A stretch of DNA of 64,000 nt from an uncultured delta proteobacterium (GTDB lineage: Bacteria; Desulfobacterota; Binatia; UBA9968), in contig CAWFJP010000030.1 of NCBI GenBank assembly GCA_963816145.1, positions 224,001 through 288,000 of the forward strand, written 5' to 3'. Numbering within the stretch: position 1 is the stretch's first letter; every line of letters starts with the position of its first letter. Below, piece by piece: positions 1 through 9,917 of the stretch. The translations under genes and the position numbers were made by a program. The notes below the pieces were generated by a model. It worked only from the letters and a program-made list of their open reading frames with translations. It was not told the DNA's origin and ran no database searches.

Positions 1-714
1 CTGAAAATTCTCAGCGTGAAAGCGCGGTCCGCGCCGCTTGGCTTCCTTCTCGCCCAGGTCCGCGAAGTCGTTCCATTTGCCGCTCAAGAATCCTCGCCCC
101 AGAGCATAGTAAGCGACATAACCAATACCCAACTCCCGGCAAACCGGAATCGTGTTTCGTTCGTAATCGCGCGTCCACAAAGAATACTCGCTCTGCACGG
201 CAGCAATCGGATGGATCGCGTTGGCGCGGCGCAACGTCTCCGGTCCGGCTTCGCTCAAACCGAGATGGCGCACTTTCCCTTGCTCGACGAGACGCTTCAT
301 CGCGCCGACGGTTTCTTCGATGGTCACTTTGGGATCGACGCGGTGAAGGTAATAAAGATCGATATAGTCGGTTTGCAGCCGGCGCAGGGAATTGTCGCAT
401 GCCCAGGCCACGTACTCGGGCCGGCCTTCGACTTCGCGTCCCTCCGCCCAGGGCTGGCCGCGCAGGTTGCCGAACTTGCTGGTCAGGACGACTTCGCCGC
501 GCCGGCCTTTCAAGACTTTGGCGAGGATCTCTTCGTTGTTGCCGTTGTTATGGTCGGCGGTGTCGATGAAATTCATGCCGATGTCGATGGCCCGGTGCAG
601 CACGGCGATCGCCTGTTGCTCGTCGGCGTCGCTGAGCTTGCCCTGAAACGGCGGACAGCCGTAGCCGATGGCGGAGACTTTCAAACCCTCCTTGCCGAGA
701 AAACGGTATTGCAT
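1..714 (-). CDS. Aldo/keto reductase (runs off the left edge; absent from the ORF track)
   Basis: Manual translation from ATG 714: [20 protein letters not shown]...FIDTAD...SKFG...[19 protein letters not shown]...[10 protein letters not shown]...QSEYSLW, with SD GGAGGGG upstream. The + strand ORF 16..738 is its antisense shadow. Confidence 0.9.
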   Translation of the reverse strand, partial: MQYRFLGKEGLKVSAIGYGCPPFQGKLSDADEQQAIAVLHRAIDIGMNFIDTADHNNGNNEEILAKVLKGRRGEVVLTSKFGNLRGQPWAEGREVEGRPEYVAWACDNSLRRLQTDYIDLYYLHRVDPKVTIEETVGAMKRLVEQGKVRHLGLSEAGPETLRRANAIHPIAAVQSEYSLWTRDYERNTIPVCRELGIGYVAYYALGRGFLSGKWNDFADLGEKEAKRRGPRFHAENFQ

Positions 715-844
715 GTGAAACCCCTCCCGGCGAAATAATGGTCCACAACGGCATAGCGATTCAAGTTGCAATAACGACTATTTGTTTGCTAACAATCGCG
801 CCAGTCCGGATAGTCGCTTAGCGCCGAATTTATCGGAAGTGGTT

Positions 845-1126
845 TTCATCAGGAAGTGACCATGAGCTGACACTCGTCTACAGAATGTGAAATTGGAGGA
901 TTTCCCTCGACATGATTCTCTTTTCGAATCGTCATTCCCGCGCAGGCGGGGAATCCAGGTTTGTTTTCCGCCAAATTAGCCTGGATACCCGCTTCCGCGG
1001 GTATGACGGAGCTGAGCGGTTTCTTCGTTCGGGAGATCATCTTCACATGCCTATTTTCGATGGAGAGCACGAAGGGTTCAGATATCAAATTTCCGAACTT
1101 CGTGATCTTCGTGTCCTTCGTGGTGA
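845..1126. repeat. Composite intergenic repeat copy 1 (GTCATTCCCGCG...GGAATCCAG / CTGGAT...CGCGGGTATGAC palindrome inside a CACGAAG/CTTCGTG element)
   Basis: Inverted arms at 931-959 and 980-1007. Collinear with 23516-23808 (shared ACACTCGTCTACAG, CTCTTTTCGA, TATTTTCGA). Confidence 0.8.
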
Positions 1127-1152
1127 ACAAGTCTTTCCCATAAGGAGTTGCC

Positions 1153-2178
1153 ATGACGGCAAAGTTGTTCGCAACGTTCGGTGCAATCGCATTGCTCTTC
1201 GGGGTTTCGTCTCAGCCATCCGCCCAGGACTCGTTCTATAAAGGCAAAACCGTACGCATCATGGTCGGCGGCTCGGCCGGCGGCGGCTACGACACCTACA
1301 CGCGCACCATCGCACGGCATCTCGGCAAACATATTCCCGGCAATCCCAGCTTCGTCGTCGAAAACATGACCGGCGCTGGCAGTTTGATCGCCGCTAATTA
1401 CACCTACAAGATCGCCAAGCCGGACGGACTCACCATCGGCCACTTCATCGGCGGCCTGATGCTGCAACAGGTCATGGGCAAACCGGGAATAGAGTTCGAG
1501 GGACAAAAATTCGAATACCTGGGCGTGCCGGCACAGGATTCCCTGGTGCTCGGCGTCACCAAGGCCGCCGGCATAACCAGCGTCGAACAATGGCTCGCGA
1601 CCAGGACGACGCTAAAATTTGGCGGTGTCGGCCCTGGCGCGGGCACCGACGATGTCCCCAAAGTCGTGCGCGCCACCGTCGGTGTGCCGATTCAACTGAT
1701 CTCCGGTTACAAAGGCACCGCCGACATCCGCCTGGCGATGGCCGCCGGAGAACTCCACGGCGTAACCAATTCATGGGAGTCGTATAAATCGGGATGGAGC
1801 AAAGAAATCGATTCCGGTTCGGTGCTCCTGCTGCTGCAGACACTGCCCCAGCGGCATCCCGAACTACCCAACGTTCCGGCGATCCTTGATTTCGTTAAGA
1901 ACGACGATGATCGCAAACTGGTGCAGACCGGCATCTTCGACTACAGCGCCATCGCCCGCCCCTACGCATTGCCACCCAAAACTCCTAAAGATCGAGTCCA
2001 GCTACTGCGCAAAGGACTAACCGACACCTACAAGGATCCGGAGTTTATCGCCGATGCGCGGCGCGCCCGTCTCGACATGAACCCGATCAGCGGAGAGGAG
2101 TTGGAGAAAGTCGTAGCGCGGGTTTATCAACTCGACAAAGCGCTGGTCGAAAAGCTTAAGGACATACTGCTCAAATAA
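1153..2178 (+). CDS. Tripartite tricarboxylate transporter substrate-binding protein (TctC/Bug)
   Basis: Signal peptide; GGSAGGGYD, ENMTGAGS, KPDGLT, GYKG motifs; SD AAGGAG. Confidence 0.9.
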   Translation: MTAKLFATFGAIALLFGVSSQPSAQDSFYKGKTVRIMVGGSAGGGYDTYTRTIARHLGKHIPGNPSFVVENMTGAGSLIAANYTYKIAKPDGLTIGHFIGGLMLQQVMGKPGIEFEGQKFEYLGVPAQDSLVLGVTKAAGITSVEQWLATRTTLKFGGVGPGAGTDDVPKVVRATVGVPIQLISGYKGTADIRLAMAAGELHGVTNSWESYKSGWSKEIDSGSVLLLLQTLPQRHPELPNVPAILDFVKNDDDRKLVQTGIFDYSAIARPYALPPKTPKDRVQLLRKGLTDTYKDPEFIADARRARLDMNPISGEELEKVVARVYQLDKALVEKLKDILLK

Positions 2179-2217
2179 AGCGGTGACAATTTCATTGCCA
2201 TTCCCAGCTGAACAGCC

Positions 2218-2244
2218 GTAGGGGGCGGGTTTTAAACCCGCCCT
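2218..2244 (+). repeat. GTAG-type REP-like hairpin
   Basis: GTAGGGGGCGGGTTTTAAACCCGCCCT: GTAG head followed by a perfect GGGCGGGTTT/AAACCCGCCC stem. Confidence 0.65.
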
Positions 2245-2278
2245 GACAAAATGCGCGAATACTCAAAAGCAAACCACC

Positions 2279-3001
2279 ATGGCTAACGCCAACGAATATC
2301 AAGGCCGCATCGCCGTGGTAACCGGCGGTAGCGGCGGCATCGGCGGCGCCATCGCCAAGCGGCTTGCCGCCGAAGGCGCCGTCGTCCATATACTCGATGT
2401 CAAACCAGGAAGCGTCGACGGTAGATTCCATGCGCTCGATGTCGGCGACGAAGCTTCGGTCAACCACGTCTTCGACGCCATTGGCGCCGAGCATGGCGCC
2501 ATCGATTATCTAATCTGCTGCGCCGGCATCTACCGGCCGCAACCGTTTCTCGAGCTGAGCCTCGACGCCTGGCGCCAGACGCTGGATGTCAATTTGACCG
2601 GCATGTTTCTCTCTTGCCGCGCCGCTTTGAAATACATGACGCCGCATAAGTTCGGCCGCATCGTCCTCTTCTCTTCTATGGCCGCGCGCACGGGGGGCAA
2701 GAACGTCGCCCACTACGCCGCATCCAAGGGCGGCATTCTGGGCCTAGCCCGCGCTCTCGCCGTCGAAGTCGCCGCCGATAATATCCGCGTCAACGCGATC
2801 TCGCCGGTCATCACCGATACGCCAATGCCGCGCGCAGTGGTGTCGAAAGAATATTTACTCTCGCGCAAGGATAAGATTCCGCTAGGCCGCATCGGCGACG
2901 TCCAAGACATGGTCGAAGCCTGCTTGTTTCTGCTCAGCGAGGACAGCGCTTACATGACCGGCCAGGACCTGCGCGTGAATGGAGGCTCGACGCTATGGTA
3001 A
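2279..3001 (+). CDS. SDR family oxidoreductase (FabG-like)
   Basis: TGGSGGIG, YAASK, VNAISP, MTGQDLRVNGG. Confidence 0.9.
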   Translation: MANANEYQGRIAVVTGGSGGIGGAIAKRLAAEGAVVHILDVKPGSVDGRFHALDVGDEASVNHVFDAIGAEHGAIDYLICCAGIYRPQPFLELSLDAWRQTLDVNLTGMFLSCRAALKYMTPHKFGRIVLFSSMAARTGGKNVAHYAASKGGILGLARALAVEVAADNIRVNAISPVITDTPMPRAVVSKEYLLSRKDKIPLGRIGDVQDMVEACLFLLSEDSAYMTGQDLRVNGGSTLW

Positions 3002-3756
3002 CGGCGGCGCACTCGCGTGTCACCGTCATCACTGGCGGCGGCAGCGGCTTGGGTCGAGCCGCGGCGGTTCGCTTAGCGCGCAAAGGCGACCAGGTCTGCA
3101 TCTGCGATCTGAAAGCCGACGCGGCTAACGACACCGCCGAGCTGATTCGATCCTCGGGCGGCAGCGTATTTACCGGTGTCGTCGACGTGCGCGAGCAATC
3201 TCAAGTGAACGCGTGGATCGCCAAGGTGATCGACGAGTTCGGCAAGATCGACTGTTTGTTCAGCAATGCCGGCGTCAACGCTCGCGCCTTGGTCGCCAAC
3301 ATGACGCTGGCGCAATGGTCGCTGCTCATCGATACCCATGTCACGGGAACTTTCAATTTCTGCCAGGCGGTGCTGCGCCACATGGTGGCGCGACAATCCG
3401 GCGCCATCGTCATCACCTCTTCGGACTTCGCCATCATCGGCGTGGCCAACGCGGCGAACTATTGCGCCGCCAAAACCGCTCTCTATTCGCTGACCAAATC
3501 CCTGGCTTTGGAATTCGCGCCGCATATTCGCGTCAACGCCATCGGTCCCGGCCCCATCGACACGCCGCTCCTACGCGCCAACCGCACCCCGGAAGAATTC
3601 GAAACCGCCCGGCGCGCCTTCGAGAGCCGCTTGCCAATGAAAAGATTAGGTCAGCCGGAAGAAATCGCCGCCGTTGTGGATTTCCTGTTAAGCGACCGCG
3701 CGTCGTTTATCACCGGCCAACTGCTTCAGCCCAACGGCGGCCAAGTAATGTGGTAA
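2995..3756 (+). CDS. SDR family oxidoreductase
   Basis: TGGGSGLG, NAG, YCAAK, VNAIGPG, FITGQ; overlaps the upstream SDR. Confidence 0.9.
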   Translation: MVTAAHSRVTVITGGGSGLGRAAAVRLARKGDQVCICDLKADAANDTAELIRSSGGSVFTGVVDVREQSQVNAWIAKVIDEFGKIDCLFSNAGVNARALVANMTLAQWSLLIDTHVTGTFNFCQAVLRHMVARQSGAIVITSSDFAIIGVANAANYCAAKTALYSLTKSLALEFAPHIRVNAIGPGPIDTPLLRANRTPEEFETARRAFESRLPMKRLGQPEEIAAVVDFLLSDRASFITGQLLQPNGGQVMW

Positions 3757-3762
3757 AAAACA

Positions 3763-3846
3763 AGATGAAGCTCGAAGGATGAAGGATGAATTATCCGGAT
3801 TAGGAATCGACGGCTTTCACTTCATCCTTCTGCCTTCATCCTTCAT
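3763..3846. repeat. Periodic palindrome (GATGAAG)n / (CTTCATC)n between convergent genes; possible bidirectional terminator
   Basis: gaaggatgaaggatgaa ... ttcatccttctgccttcatccttcat. Confidence 0.6.
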
Positions 3847-3848
3847 AC

Positions 3849-5315
3849 TTATTTCAAAAGGTAGCCGAACATCTCCCTTGCCTTGCGCACCACATCCTGG
3901 CTCGGCGCGTTGACCTTGGGGAACTTGTCGCCCCACTCGAAGGGGCGGGTGGCGTCGATGATCATGCGCGAATTGGTAAAGTCGCGAATTTTTCTCTGGT
4001 CCGGCGTCAAGCGCGGATCGGCCGGCGTGCTGCGCATGCGCTTAACGATCTCGACGGAAGTCTCCGGATCGTAGCGCGACAAGGTCGCCCACATAAGCTG
4101 GTCGAGATTCGACACATCGATATCGTCGTCGACGACGATGACCATCTTCAAACCGTAGACGCTGGCGCCGCAGCTCGACGCCAACGTCGCCACTTGTTTG
4201 GCGTGGCCGGGATAGCGCTGCTTGATCGCCAGCGCCACCAGCATGCGCGACGCGCCGATCTCGTGCGGCCAGACTTGCGTCACGTCGGGCACGCCGGCGC
4301 TCCGCAGTTCGTTTTTGAGCATGGCCGAGCGCATGATGGCGCGATAACGCGCCATCTCGTCCGAGCCGCCGCCGATGGGCGGCACGCCGAGAATGATCGG
4401 ATCGTTGCGGTGGTAGATCGCTTCGATCTCAAGCACCGGCTGGGCGCTCTCGTCCGAGGCGTAGTAACCGGTCCACTCGCCAAAGGGTCCTTCGAACTTG
4501 CGGTTGTCGTTGTTGAGAAAACCTTCGAAGACGATCTCGGAATTGGCCGGAAACGGCAGCCCGGTGATCTTGCCGCGCACCACTTCCACCGCCTTCCGCC
4601 GCATGCCGCCGACCACATCGTACTCGCAGACGCCGTAGGGATGCTCGGTGCCGGCCATGAAGAAAAACAACGGATCGCCGCCGAGCACCAGCGCGATTGG
4701 CATGCGCTCGCCTTTGCGAAAATATTTTTGCCGGTGCATATAGCCATGCTTGCCGGGAACCATCAATAGGCTCACCGACTTCTTGTCTTGAATCATCGCG
4801 CGGTAGCAGCCGGCGTTGATCCATTGCTCGTCCGGGTCCATGGTCACCGAATAACACCCGGTGCCGATGTAGCGGCCGCCGTCGTCGCGGTGCCAGACCG
4901 GCGTCGGAAACTTCTCGATGTCGATGTCGTCTTTCTGGACGATGTTCTCGAACACCGGCCCGTTGTCGACGAACACCGGAGCGAGATGCTTGGCATCGGT
5001 CTGGTAATGCGCGAAATAAGCGTCGCTCAAATCTTGCTTGGTCAATCCTTGAGGAAAGCCGAAGGTCATGGCGCGCCGCTTGCCGGCAAAGGTGTTGATG
5101 ATCACGCGAAAGCCCTTGGGGCAGCCCGGCACCTCGTCAAAGATCACCGCCGGCCCATCATCGGGCGGCACCACCACATCGGTGGCCAGGCCGATATCTT
5201 CCTGCCACGACGCGCCGCGCACGGTCTTCAATTCGCCGAGCTTGTCCGCCTCCGCCATCCACTCGCGCAGGTCGGTAAAAGCGATATGCGGTTGAATCTT
5301 TGAACTGTCGAACAT
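3849..5315 (-). CDS. UbiD family (prFMN-dependent) decarboxylase
   Basis: DLREW, DGGRY, EGPFGEWTGYY, IVVDDDIDV, MIIDATRP. Confidence 0.9.
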   Translation of the reverse strand: MFDSSKIQPHIAFTDLREWMAEADKLGELKTVRGASWQEDIGLATDVVVPPDDGPAVIFDEVPGCPKGFRVIINTFAGKRRAMTFGFPQGLTKQDLSDAYFAHYQTDAKHLAPVFVDNGPVFENIVQKDDIDIEKFPTPVWHRDDGGRYIGTGCYSVTMDPDEQWINAGCYRAMIQDKKSVSLLMVPGKHGYMHRQKYFRKGERMPIALVLGGDPLFFFMAGTEHPYGVCEYDVVGGMRRKAVEVVRGKITGLPFPANSEIVFEGFLNNDNRKFEGPFGEWTGYYASDESAQPVLEIEAIYHRNDPIILGVPPIGGGSDEMARYRAIMRSAMLKNELRSAGVPDVTQVWPHEIGASRMLVALAIKQRYPGHAKQVATLASSCGASVYGLKMVIVVDDDIDVSNLDQLMWATLSRYDPETSVEIVKRMRSTPADPRLTPDQRKIRDFTNSRMIIDATRPFEWGDKFPKVNAPSQDVVRKAREMFGYLLK

Positions 5316-5477
5316 GGTTGGCTCCTTTGAGTTCAGAATTGCTTGTTTGTGGAAAAACTTATCACATCGGAATCGCCAAAGGGAATTCTCGGGCAGGCTG
5401 GAACTCCCTCGCCCGGATTCCGAAAACGTTTTGAACGGAGTGAAGCGGTTGAACGACTTGAACGTTTTGAACGCGAC

Positions 5478-6305
5478 TCAGTGCCGATCCACCCATTCGC
5501 GAATGATTCGGTTGGTCTCCTCCGGCTTTTGCCAGAAAAAGCCGTGGCCACAGCCCTCGATGACTCTAAATTCCGCACCCTTGATGTTGTCGCGCAGATG
5601 TTCGGTAGTGGCGACATGATTGCCGGTGTCTGCGTCGACTTTATCCTCGCTGCCAACCAGGCAGAGCGTCGGCGCTGTGATCTTGGGCAAATGCTCGCCG
5701 GTCTCATGACGGTTGCGCGCAATGACATGCTCCAGGTAAGGTTCGAGCTTCGGCGCGTTATCCCAGAAGGCCGCGAATAATTTTGACAGCACTTCGGGAT
5801 GGGCCTTAACGAACGCCTCAGGAAAAAAGAACTTACTCTGAAAGTGATGCCACATATGTTCTTTGTAGCCGCGCGTGATCAAGCTCTCGGTGGCATTGAC
5901 GGTCAGCCCGCGCGGATAGTTGGGCAATCCCATGAAGCCTGAACCGGAAGCCGCTTGGATCATGCTGCGCACCCGCGTCGGATGATCAATGGCCATCCAC
6001 TGGCAAACCCGCCCACCCATGGAGTGGCCGATAATATGCGCCGGCTCTTTGACGCCAATAGCGTCTAGTAAATTGATCGCATCGTCAGAGAACTGCCTCG
6101 TCGAGTATGGTCCCTTCGGCGCATCGGATTTGCCGACACCGCGATGATCGTAGACGATCACCCGATACCGGTCGACCAACGCCGGCACCTGCTTCAACTT
6201 CCACGGCTCTCCCGGCCATCCCGTGCCCGAGACAAACAGAAACGGCACGCCGTTGCCGAAAGATTCGTAGTGCAACTTTACTGCGCCTGTCTGTGCGTAG
6301 GGCAT
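5478..6305 (-). CDS. Alpha/beta fold hydrolase
   Basis: YDHRGVGKS, GHSMGG nucleophile elbow, C-terminal GH; paralogue of 61842..62645. Confidence 0.9.
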   Translation of the reverse strand: MPYAQTGAVKLHYESFGNGVPFLFVSGTGWPGEPWKLKQVPALVDRYRVIVYDHRGVGKSDAPKGPYSTRQFSDDAINLLDAIGVKEPAHIIGHSMGGRVCQWMAIDHPTRVRSMIQAASGSGFMGLPNYPRGLTVNATESLITRGYKEHMWHHFQSKFFFPEAFVKAHPEVLSKLFAAFWDNAPKLEPYLEHVIARNRHETGEHLPKITAPTLCLVGSEDKVDADTGNHVATTEHLRDNIKGAEFRVIEGCGHGFFWQKPEETNRIIREWVDRH

Positions 6306-6616
6306 CTTCGCTTCGCTCCTCGATCAAATCGTTCAAGCCGTTCAACCGCTTCCCTTTAATTACCCTCAGGTACATGAGGCTCACGAACAGCGCTTCGTTC
6401 AAACTGTTCGGCCCCGCTAAACGTGAGTGGTTCGGCGTTCAAAGGTTCAACGTCTATGACTGAGTGTTCCCACCTTCTTCCGACAGAATGAATGCTTGGA
6501 AATCTATTGTTATTGATATTAGCTGTCAACTGAGGATTTCCTAAGAATCGAGCAAAAAGGGTTGATGCAAAACGCAGAAATCAGCTAATGTCAGCGCCGG
6601 AAAGGACCCTGCCCAC

Positions 6617-7576
6617 ATGCTCATTCAGGTGATCCGCAGCCTCGTTGCGGTGTTGGTCATCACCGCGTTGACCTACCCCGTGCCAGTTCGTGCCGCCGCC
6701 GAGTTGACCACCATCCGCATCGCTCACAACGGCTTTTCGAGCGAGATGCCCTTCTACGTCGGCAAGGACGCCGGTATCTTCGTCAAGCATGGCTTCAACG
6801 TCGAACCGATCTTTATCCTCGGCGGCTCGACAACCATCCAGGCGCTGATCGGCAAGAGCCTTGATCTGCTCATGGGCGGCGCCACGCCCATGCTTTCAGC
6901 GGTGATCAACGGCGCGCAATTGAAAATTATCGGTGGCATGAACAATCGCATTCCGTTCACCCTCTTGGCCCAACCGGAAATCAAAACTGGTGCCCAACTC
7001 AAAGGCAAAAAAATCGGCATCACCCGCTTTGGCAGCAACACCGACTTCATCGCCCGCTTAGCGGCGCAGGAATTTGGGCTAAATCCGAAAAGCGATATTA
7101 CCATCGTCCAAGCCGGCGCGCCGGAAAGCCGCTTGCTCGCGCTCAAGACGCGAACCGTGGACGCGACGCTGTTTAACATCGAGCAGGCCGTGGTGGCGCG
7201 CAAGATGGGTTACAACGTGCTGGTCAATTTTCTCGAAAAAGACATCGACTATACCCACATCGCGATCATCGCCCGCGACGAGACGATCAAAACCCAGCCC
7301 GACATGCTGCGCCGCTTCATGCGCGTCTACGTCGAATCGATCCGTTATTTCAAATCGCACAAAGAAGAAGCGATCAAGAAAAGCATGCAATTACAAAAGC
7401 TGGCCGACCGCGAAGCGATCGAGACCGGATATCTGAGCAACGTCAAAGCGCTGCCCGACGACGGCCGGCCGACGGTCAAAGGCACCCAGTTAGTGATCGA
7501 CGCTGCAGTCCTCGACGATCCGCGGGCTAAGAATTACACGCCGCAGCAGTTGATGGATCTGAGCTTTCTGCCGTAG
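6617..7576 (+). CDS. ABC-type substrate-binding protein (SsuA/NMT1/THI5-like)
   Basis: Signal peptide; GIFVKHGFNVE, LKGKKIGITRFGS. Confidence 0.85.
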   Translation: MLIQVIRSLVAVLVITALTYPVPVRAAAELTTIRIAHNGFSSEMPFYVGKDAGIFVKHGFNVEPIFILGGSTTIQALIGKSLDLLMGGATPMLSAVINGAQLKIIGGMNNRIPFTLLAQPEIKTGAQLKGKKIGITRFGSNTDFIARLAAQEFGLNPKSDITIVQAGAPESRLLALKTRTVDATLFNIEQAVVARKMGYNVLVNFLEKDIDYTHIAIIARDETIKTQPDMLRRFMRVYVESIRYFKSHKEEAIKKSMQLQKLADREAIETGYLSNVKALPDDGRPTVKGTQLVIDAAVLDDPRAKNYTPQQLMDLSFLP

Positions 7577-7580
7577 AAGA

Positions 7581-7660
7581 TAGTGGAGTGATGGAGTATT
7601 AGCTGTGTTGGGTTAAAAATCCGGAATACCCGTCACTCCAACACTCCGTTACTCCAATAT
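7581..7660. repeat. Periodic palindrome (TGGAGT..)n / (..ACTCCA)n
   Basis: agtggagtgatggagtatt ... cactccaacactccgttactccaatatt. Confidence 0.55.
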
Positions 7661-7681
7661 TCCCGCTACCAAGGAGCCGTG

Positions 7682-8695
7682 ATGAAACTTAATCTACGAT
7701 TGATAACACTGGCCACACTACTCACAACCACCACCGCGTTCGCCCAAGACTCGTTTTTTCGTGGCAAGACCGTCCGCATCATCGTGCCTTTCGCCGCCGG
7801 CGGCGGCTATGACATCTACTCGCGTATCATGGGCCGGCATATGGGCAAGTATGTTCCCGGCAATCCGGTCTTCGTCGTCGACAACATGACCGGCGCCGGC
7901 GGTTTGATCGGGGTCAATCATGTCTACAAAGTCGCCAAGCCCGATGGCCTGACCATGGCGACGCCCATCGGCACTATGTTCGTCGACCAATTGATCGGCA
8001 AGCCGGGCATCGAGTTCGACGGCAGAAAATTCGAGTATATCGGCGCACCGGCACAAGACACCCAGCTGCTGATCGTCCACAAACGCACGGGATTAAAAAG
8101 CGTCGAACAATGGCTGGCGCATCCGACGCCGGTGAAATTCGGCAGCACCGGCCCTGGCTCCGCCAATGAATCGATTCCGAAAATCGCCAAGGAAGCGCTC
8201 AATCTGCCGCTGCAAGTGGTGTCCGGCTACAAGGGCAGTTCGGTGATCCGCCTGGCGTTCAACAGCGGCGAAGTCGACGGGGTGGCGAATGCCTGGGAAT
8301 CGATGGTCTCGACCTGGCCGCAAGAGACGCAAAATGGCGACGCCGTGGTCCTGCTGCAAGCCGCCGGTAAACGCCATCCCGACTTGCCCAACGTGCCGCT
8401 GGTCATCGACTACGCTAAAACCGACATGGCGAAGAAACTCGTCCAAGGCGTGATCAACAACTTCGGTGCCACCGCGCGTCCCTACGTCGTCACCCCAGGC
8501 ACGCCCAAAGCGCGCGTCGAGATATTGCGCAAAGCCTTCATGGATACCATGCGCGATCCCGAATTCGCTACGGAGTTGAAACGGGCCAAACTCGACTTGA
8601 ACCCGCTCGACGGCGCGACCTTGGAGAAAAACATCGGAGAGTTGTTCGCTTTGGATAAAGCCTTGATTCCTAAGTTGACGGAGATTCTGAAATAA
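7682..8695 (+). CDS. TctC/Bug substrate-binding protein
   Basis: PFAAGGGYD, NMTGAGG, KPDGLT, GYKG; SD AAGGAG. Confidence 0.9.
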   Translation: MKLNLRLITLATLLTTTTAFAQDSFFRGKTVRIIVPFAAGGGYDIYSRIMGRHMGKYVPGNPVFVVDNMTGAGGLIGVNHVYKVAKPDGLTMATPIGTMFVDQLIGKPGIEFDGRKFEYIGAPAQDTQLLIVHKRTGLKSVEQWLAHPTPVKFGSTGPGSANESIPKIAKEALNLPLQVVSGYKGSSVIRLAFNSGEVDGVANAWESMVSTWPQETQNGDAVVLLQAAGKRHPDLPNVPLVIDYAKTDMAKKLVQGVINNFGATARPYVVTPGTPKARVEILRKAFMDTMRDPEFATELKRAKLDLNPLDGATLEKNIGELFALDKALIPKLTEILK

Positions 8696-8745
8696 GAAAG
8701 AATCAGGCCGATACGAGTTCCTGGTTTTTGCATAAGGAGTAACCA

Positions 8746-9813
8746 ATGATTATCGATGCCGATGCCCATGTGGTGGAGACCGAACAGACCTGGAGTTATC
8801 TCGACGGCTCGGACAAAAAGTTTCGCCCGCAGCTGTTCAGCTCCGCCGACAACTCCGCCATGCAGTATTGGTTTTGCGAAGGCAAAGCCATTGGCTTTCG
8901 GCCGCCGACTCTCACCGAGCAAGAATTGATCGCGCTCTCGAAAGAAACTGGCCGCGAGTTGAATACCGCCGCCAGCGCGCGCGAGCTGCGCGATGTCGAG
9001 CTGCGCTTGGCGCATATGGATAGGCTGGGCATCGACGTCCAGGTGCTCTTCAACACCATGTGGATCGCTCGGGTCGCCGACAAGGCGGAGGCGGAAATCG
9101 CCCTTTGCGGTTCATGGAACCGCTGGATGGCCGACATGTGGAAGCAGGGGAAAAACCGCTTGCGCTGGTCCTGCGTCGTGCCGGCAATGACCATTAACGA
9201 AGCCTTGCAGCAGATGCGCTTCGCCAAGCAGAACGGCGCCGTGGCGGTGAGCCTGCGACCCTTCGAAGACGACAAGCACTTGGTCGATCCTTATTTCTAT
9301 CCGATCTACCAAGAGGCGACCAAACTCGATCTCGCCATCGCCGTGCATATCGCCAACGGCAGCCCGCAGTTGCTCGATCAATTCAAACCGCGCTACGACA
9401 AGATGGGCGGCTTCGCCCAGTTCCGCGTGCCGACGGTGATCACCTGCCTATCGTTGATGATGAGCGATCTGCCGAAAACCTTTCCCAACTTGCGTTGGGG
9501 CTTCATCGAAGCCTCCGCCCAGTGGGTGCCGTGGGTGGTCAAGGAAGCAACGCGCCGCACGGGAGCGAAAGGTTTTCCCAAGCTGCCGTTCAAAGATTTC
9601 AATATCTACGTCACCACCGAAACCAACGACGACTTCGACTACGTGCTGCGCTACGCCGGCGAGGACAACGTCGTCATCGGCACCGACTTCGGCCACACCG
9701 ACGCCTCGAGCGAAATCGACGCCATCGATATCTTCAGAGCCAACAACGAAGTCACCGACCCGGTGAAAAAGAAAATCCTCGACGACAACCCGCGTAGGCT
9801 TTACGGGTTGTAA
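8746..9813 (+). CDS. Amidohydrolase family 2 protein
   Basis: IDADAHV, AVH, FIEAS, GTDFGH; SD AAGGAG. Confidence 0.9.
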   Translation: MIIDADAHVVETEQTWSYLDGSDKKFRPQLFSSADNSAMQYWFCEGKAIGFRPPTLTEQELIALSKETGRELNTAASARELRDVELRLAHMDRLGIDVQVLFNTMWIARVADKAEAEIALCGSWNRWMADMWKQGKNRLRWSCVVPAMTINEALQQMRFAKQNGAVAVSLRPFEDDKHLVDPYFYPIYQEATKLDLAIAVHIANGSPQLLDQFKPRYDKMGGFAQFRVPTVITCLSLMMSDLPKTFPNLRWGFIEASAQWVPWVVKEATRRTGAKGFPKLPFKDFNIYVTTETNDDFDYVLRYAGEDNVVIGTDFGHTDASSEIDAIDIFRANNEVTDPVKKKILDDNPRRLYGL

Positions 9814-9917
9814 GGCGAACAGACCTTAAGCACGATGCAGCCTGCCGGAGCAAAACGACCACGGCGGCGCCGCTTCAACCCTCTGTGCGAGCAAAGATTG
9901 ACTCCGGTGGCACCGCC

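Noticed and set aside
16-738. 240-aa + strand ORF
   Set aside because: Antisense shadow of the minus-strand aldo/keto reductase.
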